Of a stretch of DNA of 6,724 nt, positions 1 through 6,724 are shown piece after piece. The DNA is taken from the IMG/VR virus record IMGVR_UViG_2713896831_000003. The stretch is one strand, 5' to 3'. Position 1 is the stretch's first letter, and each line of letters begins with the position of its first letter. Position numbers and translations under genes: made by a program. Source of the DNA: a virus (lineage: Duplodnaviria; Heunggongvirae; Uroviricota; Caudoviricetes). The notes beneath the pieces were generated by a model that saw only the letters and a list, made by a program, of their open reading frames with translations, was not told where the DNA came from and did not search any database.

Positions 1-139
<139 letters not shown>

Positions 140-224
140 CAAATGAAGTACTGAAAACAGCAGTTAAACCGGAATGGTTTGAGCGTCACAAGATTGAATT
201 AGGTTATTGGGGTGAGGAGGTTTT

Positions 225-512
225 ATGAAACCTTGGCATGAAGATGTTAGACGATATTTTACAGAACACCTTATCTATGATGAATCCAGTGATTCCCTGT
301 GCTGGTCTGATGGAGAGTCAGTCACGATAAATACCGACGACTACGGCAACAAAACATTTAATATAGGCCGATATACTTTCTACGTGAAATATGTTGTCTG
401 GTTCCTTTATCATGGCTATCAATCCAACAAGCAAATTATCCATCGAAATGGTAACAGAGCCGATACCAGACCAAAAAATCTTATGCAAGTCCGAGACTTT
501 AAGAGAAATTAG
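225..512 (+). CDS. HNH-type endonuclease-like protein (HNH_3-like), 95 aa
   Basis: ATG at 225 preceded by GAGGAGG (215-221). The C-terminal motif IIHRNGNRADTRPKNL fits the His-Asn-Gly-Asn ... Asn-Leu core of phage HNH_3 endonucleases. The upstream segment YTFYVKYVVWFLYHGY resembles the hydrophobic stretch that precedes this core. Some consensus positions are substituted (Ile for Asp before the His; DTR for DNR). Confidence 0.55.
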   Translation: MKPWHEDVRRYFTEHLIYDESSDSLCWSDGESVTINTDDYGNKTFNIGRYTFYVKYVVWFLYHGYQSNKQIIHRNGNRADTRPKNLMQVRDFKRN

Positions 513-667
513 AAAAATAGCTTCTCAGGCGCTCTCAATCGCATTCTAACGCAAAAAACTATCTTATTTTAGGGTGGGTAATACCACTGTACAGGCTACC
601 CCTGAAAAAGACTGTTTAGCTCGTTACAGAGCGATTGAGGAGGTCTGGTAAAAAGGAGATTTTAAAA

Positions 668-991
668 ATGAACAATTACCCATTACAGATTTTCGTTGAT
701 AACGACACCGCTATGATGATTCAGGCTTTCACTGATGTAGGTGTTAGCATTGACTTTGACAGGCTGTTAAGGCTAATGGCTGATAACTCAGAAGTAATTG
801 AAGACTTTATTCAGTCGGTGGAGTTTAACGAGCCTCGAATGATGCTACCAATTATAGACAGCAACATGAAAAGATTGGTTATCGAGCAAACGAACAAATA
901 CAGTATTAGCCCTGAAAGATATCTCAAGGCAGCTATAGCAATTTTGTACGCTGACAATATTTTGGTGACGGATTCGAAGGTGGTGCATTAA
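668..991 (+). CDS. Hypothetical protein, 107 aa (acidic)
   Basis: ATG at 668 with AAGGAG (653-658) 9 nt upstream. The ORF track starts it at an upstream TTG (635) that lacks a better ribosome-binding site. No recognisable motif. Confidence 0.65.
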   Translation: MNNYPLQIFVDNDTAMMIQAFTDVGVSIDFDRLLRLMADNSEVIEDFIQSVEFNEPRMMLPIIDSNMKRLVIEQTNKYSISPERYLKAAIAILYADNILVTDSKVVH

Positions 992-1056
992 TGGAATTGG
1001 TGATTATCTGTTTTGTATTGATTGGTATGATTGCAGGTGCATCTATTAAAGTATAA
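991..1056 (+). CDS. Small hydrophobic peptide, 21 aa (MELVIICFVLIGMIAGASIKV), candidate single-pass membrane peptide
   Basis: ATG at 991 overlaps the TAA stop of the preceding gene (TAATG). AAGGTGG (976-982) sits 8 nt upstream. The sequence is almost entirely hydrophobic, consistent with one transmembrane helix. Below the ORF-track size cutoff. Confidence 0.35.
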   Translation: MELVIICFVLIGMIAGASIKV

Positions 1057-1081
1057 ATGTTACCAATCTGTTAAAAAGCTG

Positions 1082-1110
1082 TTGACAAATAACCTTGAGC
1101 ATGACATAAT
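1082..1110 (+). promoter_or_regulatory. Sigma70-type promoter, near consensus
   Basis: TTGACA (1082-1087), 17-bp spacer, CATAAT (1105-1110). Predicted transcription start around 1117. Confidence 0.6.
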
Positions 1111-1287
1111 TGTATATATAGGGAGAGCAATTCTCCTTGAATTAAAATATTAATCGTCTCTACATCGATGATAACTATATTCTGAGTTGGAAAGGTGCAA
1201 TGCTTTTCGTCATGGCCTTTCAGGTTAGTCTGAGAGGCTATCTCAAAAAGTGCTTAATCATTCATTCATTGAACCCTTTACAGCTTT

Positions 1288-1316
1288 GCCCTAATCATGA
1301 GTTAGGGCGTTTCTTT
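1288..1316 (+). terminator. Putative intrinsic terminator or attenuator within the leader
   Basis: Stem GCCCTAA (1288-1294) / TTAGGGC (1302-1308), 7-nt loop, followed by GTTTCTTT (1309-1316). Confidence 0.45.
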
Positions 1317-1387
1317 AAGAGTTTTCAAACAGAACTTTTAAAGAAAGTTTTTCCTGAAACTTCGTTAACGTTATAAAGCAAACCTCC

Positions 1388-1434
1388 AAAGCCCTTCACA
1401 GATGAGGATGAACCTATGTTTAGGGCTTTTCTTT
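1388..1434 (+). terminator. Second terminator-like hairpin within the leader (weaker)
   Basis: AAAGCCC (1388-1394) pairs with GGGCTTT (1423-1429) around a ~28-nt loop, followed by a T-rich run (TTTTCTTT). Its 3-prime half, TTAGGGC-TTTCTTTA-AGAG, repeats the motif at 1302-1321. Confidence 0.3.
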
Positions 1435-1529
1435 ATAGAGCATCTTTAATAAATCGTTAAGTCATCTTCTAAGTGTATTGGCGTTGAAGGTGCTCTATTA
1501 AGAAATAATCACACTTAGAGGAAATTATA

Positions 1530-2240
1530 ATGACAAATGATATTTACATTAATGGCAGAAAGGTTGATAGCTTCGGTGACTGGTCGCCACAGACTGAACA
1601 TCCAGCTATCACTATTCAGCGTAAAGAACACGATGAAAGAATTAAGCTTGAGCAATCGTTAAAGATGTCACCAAAGGTAATTTCCTTTGTGTCTCCTGAG
1701 CCTCAAGAAATGCCAGATATCTGCAAAAGTGAAGCACTATTTAATCTTGAGCGTGAATATTACCCACAGTTAAAAGCACAGCGTATTAAACTTGATGACG
1801 CTTACAGCAAAGTTACCCTGATGCAATCAGCTATTGAGCCGTCAGAATTTGAGATTCAGGATGAATTGTCACAGAAACCATTTGTCTATTACCAATACGA
1901 AGATAATGATGGTTTTGGTACTTTTCCTGAGAATATCCCAGACGTGATTAATAATCTTCCTGACGGATATCGAATTGTGAAGATGGTTAAAGCTTCAAGG
2001 GGTGCTGGTCAATTTATTTATATGACTAATAAGAGCGATGAAGAACTCTGTGAACTTGCTAGACAGAACATCTTGGCATCACGTAACAAGCAACTTGAAA
2101 ATGTTAAGTTGTATCTCTCAAGAGAGCTTCAGGCTATGAAAGAACTTGTTAGTGAATATGAATCACAGAAGAAGATTGCTATGCAAGCCGATATTGAGCA
2201 GTTAATGAAGATTTCTCAGAAATATGCAAAGGCTATTTGA
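1530..2240 (+). CDS. Hypothetical protein, 236 aa, with a predicted coiled-coil-like C-terminus
   Basis: ATG at 1530 with AGAGGA (1517-1522) 7 nt upstream. Long ORF with codon usage consistent with its neighbours. No recognisable catalytic motif. Confidence 0.7.
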   Translation: MTNDIYINGRKVDSFGDWSPQTEHPAITIQRKEHDERIKLEQSLKMSPKVISFVSPEPQEMPDICKSEALFNLEREYYPQLKAQRIKLDDAYSKVTLMQSAIEPSEFEIQDELSQKPFVYYQYEDNDGFGTFPENIPDVINNLPDGYRIVKMVKASRGAGQFIYMTNKSDEELCELARQNILASRNKQLENVKLYLSRELQAMKELVSEYESQKKIAMQADIEQLMKISQKYAKAI

Positions 2241-2248
2241 GGTGATTA

Positions 2249-2557
2249 ATGAATGATTTAACAGAACGCGATAAAAGAATTAAAGGGGTGATGGAACCTT
2301 TTGAAGATAGGTTCAATGAAATTAAAACGACTCTTGGTGATATTCAGGAGGTCACTGAATATCTTATTGGTCGTATGGACGAAAAGCCTCTTGCCGAACT
2401 AAAGTGTGATGGTCGGGATGATTTAACGCGACTTCTTATCGAACTCAAGGATAAGATAAATAAGCTTGATACTGTGTATTATCAAACTGGTCTTTCACTA
2501 CGTTATGAAATTCAAAAGAATGAACGCGGTGTCGAGTGTATACACTACTTAGATTAA
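2249..2557 (+). CDS. Hypothetical small acidic protein, 102 aa
   Basis: ATG at 2249 with GAGGTGA overlapping the upstream stop. The N-terminus MNDLTER is shared with the next ORF. Its position two genes upstream of the tape-measure gene is compatible with a tail assembly chaperone, but there is no direct evidence. Confidence 0.65.
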   Translation: MNDLTERDKRIKGVMEPFEDRFNEIKTTLGDIQEVTEYLIGRMDEKPLAELKCDGRDDLTRLLIELKDKINKLDTVYYQTGLSLRYEIQKNERGVECIHYLD

Positions 2558-2582
2558 AATCGAATTAAAAAGGAGGTGGTGA

Positions 2583-2786
2583 ATGATTGATTTAACAGAA
2601 CGCTATGAACTCATCAAGGCAATTAGTGAACGACTGAAAGAACAACCCAACAAACCAAAACGAATCAAATCATCCACCTCTAAGCAAAATAACAGAATCA
2701 GAAGAATCGCTAAATGGTGTCTTGATAAATTACCAAGTGATTGTCAGATTGTTGGTGAAGATGGCAATTATTATCTGGTTGGGTAA
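2583..2786 (+). CDS. Hypothetical small basic protein, 67 aa
   Basis: ATG at 2583 with AGGAGGTG (2571-2578) upstream. The N-terminus MIDLTER is paralogous to the 2249 gene. The central region is rich in Lys and Arg. Confidence 0.6.
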   Translation: MIDLTERYELIKAISERLKEQPNKPKRIKSSTSKQNNRIRRIAKWCLDKLPSDCQIVGEDGNYYLVG

Positions 2787-2806
2787 AAAGATTGGTTGGG
2801 TAAAAA
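2776..2806 (+). repeat. Tandem direct repeat, 2 x 14 bp (TGGTTGGGTAAAAA) separated by 3 bp
   Basis: Perfect copies at 2776-2789 and 2793-2806. The first overlaps the TAA stop of the 67-aa gene. Confidence 0.8.
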
Positions 2807-2811
2807 TCTAC

Positions 2812-2853
2812 GGGAGAGATTATCGAGTGACATCGGTAGTTTCTCCCTTTTTT
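2812..2853 (+). terminator. Rho-independent terminator
   Basis: Long hairpin 2812-2826 / 2833-2847 (about 15 bp including G-U pairs, loop GTGACA), followed directly by TTTTTT (2848-2853). Confidence 0.75.
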
Positions 2854-2860
2854 GTATGTG

Positions 2861-2931
2861 TGCTACGTGAAATCTGTAAAGCTAATACCCACACTGAAAA
2901 ATAGAATTTACGTACAACACGCTTAAAGAGG
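2861..2931 (+). promoter_or_regulatory. Conserved intergenic element, copy A (candidate promoter or operator upstream of the tape-measure gene)
   Basis: Shares with 5005-5075 the collinear blocks TGCTACGTGAAATCT, ATACCCAC, TTACGTA and CACGCTTAA-AGAG. Contains an internal inverted repeat around a TACGT core. A possible -10 TAGAAT lies at 2902-2907, but no good -35. Confidence 0.45.
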
Positions 2932-2944
2932 TGAAATATGAACA

Positions 2945-4993
2945 ATGAGCAAATTTACAGTTGATAGTTTTATCGTTGAATTAGGCTTCAGTGAAAACGT
3001 TGTTAAAGGCTTGCAAAGAGTTGAAAAGGCAGCTTTGCAGTCAGCACAAAGAATTGAAAAGAACCTAAATAAAGGTTTCAGGATTAATACAAAACAGCTT
3101 GATAGTAATTTGACAAGTTCTTTAGGGCAACTTGAAAGGAAGTTTAATAAGGCTTTTGACAAGATTGAACAGAGAGCAAGAAGCACAAAAGCTTTCCGTT
3201 TCACAAGTCAGGTTAATGACGCTATTAATCCTCCAAAACAACCAAGACAGCCACGAATTAGCGGAAACAGAGCAATCACAGCAGCTTACTCAGCGAATAT
3301 GAGCAAGTTAAAGGGCTTTGACCCTGTTTTGCAGAAATACATCAAATCTCAGTTTTACGGGCTATCTGCTAAAGCTGGTCAGATGGATAATTCAAAATTC
3401 AATGAGAAGCTGGCTCAGTTAAATGCTTCAGTCAGAGAAGCAATTGCTAAAGCTAAAGGTCATACATCCACCAGCATTAACGGTGACAGAGCAGCTAATA
3501 GTCTTGATAGTTTGAGTTCAGCAGCAGTTAAAACAGCAGGTGCATTTATCAGCTTTCAGGCTGTACTATCCGCTTATCAGAAGATTATGGAAGTTGGCCT
3601 TCAACGTGCATCATCGGAAAGAAGTATTGATTTCGTATTCGGTGACCAAAGTACACAGGTCAAAAAGTTCATTCAAGATTTAACTCAAATTACTGGTATG
3701 GACACAACCGAAACACAAGCACAGTTTGCTTCATTTGGTGCATCTGCAAAAAATACGATGGGTCTTGAAGGCTCAGAGGAATTATTTAAAAACTTAACTG
3801 GATATGCCCGTTTAATGGGTCGTTCAGATGAGCAGATTCAAAGAGCATTAACCGCAGTATCGCAGATGGCTTCTAAGGGTCAGGTGATGGCTGAAGAGCT
3901 TAAGGGGCAACTATCTGAAGCTTTACCGGGTGCTACTCAGGCATTTGCAAAGGCTTTAGGTCTGACTGAAAAACAGCTTTTCGATAAGATGAAAAATGGT
4001 GATGTTAAAGCCTCTGATGCACTCCCTAAGTTTGCTAAAGAACTTGGTTCACAGATTAATTCCAGAGGTGGCTGGAAAGCTATTCAGGACTCTACGCAGA
4101 CGATGTTAGGGAACTTAAAGAATACTTGGAACAACTCACTAACGGATATCTTCAGAGGTTCTGAAAATGGTCTTCAAGATTTCACAAGAAGCTTAACAAC
4201 GCTTTTAAATAGTCTTGGTGGGAGTGGTAAAACATTAGGTGAAAGTCTTGGTAATCTCATGACTTCTATGTCACACGGTGTCGATAACCTGACTGATATT
4301 AGTTACAGGGTAAGGGCGTTCTTTGACGAGGTGACATTGGCTTATCGTGGTTTAACCGATGAACAAAAGAAAGTTGTTGATGCTTTAGGTTCTGGCTTGA
4401 TTAATAGTTTAAAAGTCTTGGCTGGTGTTATTGCTGTAAATAAAGTTGTTGGTGTAACCAGAAGTATTTACGGGCTTATGACTGCTATCACAAGATTAGG
4501 TCAGGTCGCTGATACTACAGCGGATAACGTGAATAGAAAGAACGGGAAACCATCAAGGTTTAATCTTGGGAATATGCTATTAGCTGGTAGTGCTATCTAT
4601 GCAGGTTATGAAAGATTAGCCTCTACACCTGAACGAATGGAAGCACAAGCTAAATTACCAGAGCTGGCTAAAGAGTCTGGACTTAAGCCAGTATTTACTA
4701 TGGACGATGTGAAAGGTTGGTTTAATAGTGCAGCTATGAATCTTGCTAACTTCCAGCATCCAGAATTAATCACCATGAGACAAGATGCGGCATTAACGAA
4801 TACGGATATCCAAAGCCTGAGAGATGAAATTAGTGCTTTGAGCAAACGTATTCAGGAGCCTGTGAAAGTTTCACTTGGTGGTGAAGTTGCCATTAAACCA
4901 GATGAAACCAGCTTTATGACCTTTAGCAGTAATATCTACGACCAATACGCAGAAGCTACGCTATTAAGTTCATCATTCCCAGAAGATGATTGA
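2945..4993 (+). CDS. Phage tail tape measure protein-like, 682 aa
   Basis: ATG at 2945 with GAGGTG (2929-2934) upstream. The long Ala/Leu/Gly/Ser/Gln-rich sequence looks largely helical by composition. The central segment (ALTAVSQMASKGQVMAEELKGQLSEALPGATQAFAKALGLTEKQLFDKMKNGDVKASDALPKFAKEL) matches the conserved tape-measure domain seen in tailed-phage tape-measure proteins. Ends with three consecutive in-frame stops, TGA TAA TAG. Confidence 0.7.
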   Translation: MSKFTVDSFIVELGFSENVVKGLQRVEKAALQSAQRIEKNLNKGFRINTKQLDSNLTSSLGQLERKFNKAFDKIEQRARSTKAFRFTSQVNDAINPPKQPRQPRISGNRAITAAYSANMSKLKGFDPVLQKYIKSQFYGLSAKAGQMDNSKFNEKLAQLNASVREAIAKAKGHTSTSINGDRAANSLDSLSSAAVKTAGAFISFQAVLSAYQKIMEVGLQRASSERSIDFVFGDQSTQVKKFIQDLTQITGMDTTETQAQFASFGASAKNTMGLEGSEELFKNLTGYARLMGRSDEQIQRALTAVSQMASKGQVMAEELKGQLSEALPGATQAFAKALGLTEKQLFDKMKNGDVKASDALPKFAKELGSQINSRGGWKAIQDSTQTMLGNLKNTWNNSLTDIFRGSENGLQDFTRSLTTLLNSLGGSGKTLGESLGNLMTSMSHGVDNLTDISYRVRAFFDEVTLAYRGLTDEQKKVVDALGSGLINSLKVLAGVIAVNKVVGVTRSIYGLMTAITRLGQVADTTADNVNRKNGKPSRFNLGNMLLAGSAIYAGYERLASTPERMEAQAKLPELAKESGLKPVFTMDDVKGWFNSAAMNLANFQHPELITMRQDAALTNTDIQSLRDEISALSKRIQEPVKVSLGGEVAIKPDETSFMTFSSNIYDQYAEATLLSSSFPEDD

Positions 4994-5004
4994 TAATAGT
5001 CGAA

Positions 5005-5075
5005 TGCTACGTGAAATCTTCTGAACAGATATACCCACCAAAAATTATTTTTTACGTAGCTCACGCTTAACAGAG
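5005..5075 (+). promoter_or_regulatory. Conserved intergenic element, copy B (candidate promoter or operator upstream of the 5151 gene)
   Basis: Collinear with 2861-2931 at roughly 70% identity (by eye). Internal inverted repeat GCTACGTGAAA ... TTTTTTACGTAGC (5006-5016 / 5048-5060). Confidence 0.45.
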
Positions 5076-5150
5076 AAAACACTTATATATCAAAGGCTTG
5101 GTTAAAAATGATTAAAATACACTAAGTCTTTGAAATCAAAGGAGAATTTA

Positions 5151-5924
5151 ATGATTTACTCTAACCAAATCAAATATAGTGGCAAAGATGGCATCTATTT
5201 CCACTTAAGAGATAATGTAGATGCCTTCTTAACCTTATCAGCAACTGAAAACATGGAATTTGACAGCCCTATGCAGGTAACTACACAGAACATGCAATCA
5301 GGGCAAACCGTCACAGATAATGTGCAAAGAGCACCCAGAACAATCACTATTAGTGGTGTCGTTGTAGTTGGCTATGAAGGAAGTTTATTATTAACTCGTC
5401 AGGGTCAATTAGTAGAAAACTTCATTGACACTCTCGAAAGCTGGCGTGACCAGAAGCAAATTATTTCGGTCATCTGTAAAGACGGTATCAAGATTGATGA
5501 CTCCATTATCACGAGTTTTAAAGCCTCTAAAGATGTTGGAATTTCAAACGGCTTAAGAATCCAATTAACTTTTCAGGAAATTAACTTTAAAGCTATTGTG
5601 GGTCAGACTGATATCTCGGCTGCGACCGGAAGGACTTCTACCACAAGTGATGGTGGTGCTACCAGTAAAAAGAATACTGGTAATACTACAACAAGTCTAG
5701 GTAATGGTATGTTGCTGTGTCAGGAGCTATATAATCGCTCTACGAGTGAACTTTCTAATGAGCAACTTCAAGCCCGTATCAATTGTGGTAGAAGTGTCAA
5801 AGTTGAGAATGGAAAAAGCACCTTCTCAGATGCCGCTAATGAGCAAGCTTCAAAGGCGCTTAATAATGCTGGTACAGGTAATGTTTTGAAGAGGCTTTCT
5901 GTGAATCCTAACAAGCGCTACTGA
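5151..5924 (+). CDS. Hypothetical protein, 257 aa, possibly tail-associated by position, with a Thr/Ser/Gly-rich low-complexity segment
   Basis: ATG at 5151 with AAAGGAGAA (5138-5146) upstream. The ORF track starts it at TTG 5130, which lies inside that ribosome-binding site. It sits immediately downstream of the tape-measure gene. No diagnostic motif recognised. Confidence 0.65.
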   Translation: MIYSNQIKYSGKDGIYFHLRDNVDAFLTLSATENMEFDSPMQVTTQNMQSGQTVTDNVQRAPRTITISGVVVVGYEGSLLLTRQGQLVENFIDTLESWRDQKQIISVICKDGIKIDDSIITSFKASKDVGISNGLRIQLTFQEINFKAIVGQTDISAATGRTSTTSDGGATSKKNTGNTTTSLGNGMLLCQELYNRSTSELSNEQLQARINCGRSVKVENGKSTFSDAANEQASKALNNAGTGNVLKRLSVNPNKRY

Positions 5925-5938
5925 CGATAGAATCTCAA

Positions 5939-6724
<786 letters not shown>

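Larger units (their letters stand above)
1111..1529 (+). promoter_or_regulatory. Long structured 5-prime leader or candidate small RNA upstream of the 1530 gene
   Basis: About 420 nt between the promoter and the next ribosome-binding site. Contains a hairpin near the predicted start (GGAGA 1122-1126 / TCTCC 1132-1136), a 9-bp hairpin (1215-1223 / 1230-1238), and two terminator-like hairpins that share a repeated 3-prime motif. Confidence 0.35.

Noticed and set aside
635-667. Upstream TTG start proposed by the ORF track for the 668 gene
   Set aside because: The ATG at 668 has a properly spaced AAGGAG. The TTG extension would place that ribosome-binding site inside the coding region.
1200-1376. 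58-codon ORF inside the leader region
   Set aside because: Ribosome-binding-site spacing is poor. The ORF spans the terminator-like hairpin and repeated RNA motif, and its composition is unconvincing. An RNA-level function is the more economical reading, though a small protein cannot be excluded without expression data.
1111-1529. Type III toxin-antitoxin-like arrangement (promoter, repeat RNA, terminator, toxin gene)
   Set aside because: The repeats in the leader are only two imperfect, spaced copies rather than a tandem array of short identical units. The downstream 236-aa protein shows no recognisable endoribonuclease features.
2249-2786. Tail assembly chaperone pair produced by programmed frameshift (G/GT-like)
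   Set aside because: The second ORF has its own strong ribosome-binding site, and its frame is closed by a TGA at 2580-2582 immediately upstream, so no frameshift fusion with the first ORF is possible. The shared N-terminus is a duplication, not a frameshift product.
2722-2904. 60-aa + strand ORF overlapping the end of the 67-aa gene
   Set aside because: It runs through the 14-bp tandem repeat, the terminator hairpin and conserved element A. It is an alternative frame with no ribosome-binding site.
2923-3204. 93-aa ORF on the - strand overlapping the start of the tape-measure gene
   Set aside because: It lies entirely antisense to a well-supported long gene, has no ribosome-binding site, and has the low-complexity composition typical of antisense frames of AT-rich genes.
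4606-4845. 79-aa ORF on the - strand inside the tape-measure gene
   Set aside because: Antisense to a long coding region, with no start context.
5130-5150. Upstream TTG start proposed by the ORF track for the 5151 gene
   Set aside because: The TTG lies within the AAAGGAGAA ribosome-binding site that serves the ATG at 5151.
5704-5889. 61-aa + strand ORF inside the 5151-5924 gene
   Set aside because: Internal alternative frame of a better-supported gene.

Overview
A 6.7-kb AT-rich segment (roughly 37% GC by eye) with phage-type content, bounded at both window edges by a perfect 139-bp inverted repeat (1-139 versus 6585-6723). The interior holds nine plausible protein-coding genes, eight of them on the + strand. 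In order: an HNH-type endonuclease-like gene; a small unknown gene translationally coupled to a 21-aa hydrophobic peptide; a near-consensus sigma70-type promoter followed by a ~420-nt structured leader with two terminator-like hairpins; three genes of unknown function closed by a strong intrinsic terminator; a 682-aa phage tail tape-measure-like gene bracketed by two copies of a ~70-bp conserved intergenic element; and one further gene of unknown function. On the - strand lies only the C-terminal zinc-ribbon/coiled-coil part of a large serine recombinase, whose open frame ends 2 bp from the inner edge of the right inverted repeat. No rRNA, tRNA or CRISPR array was seen. The strong Shine-Dalgarno sites and low GC suggest a low-GC host. 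The most likely readings are an invertible or mobile phage-derived cassette, or a rearranged prophage remnant. All functional calls come from motif recognition by eye; no database search or folding computation was possible.
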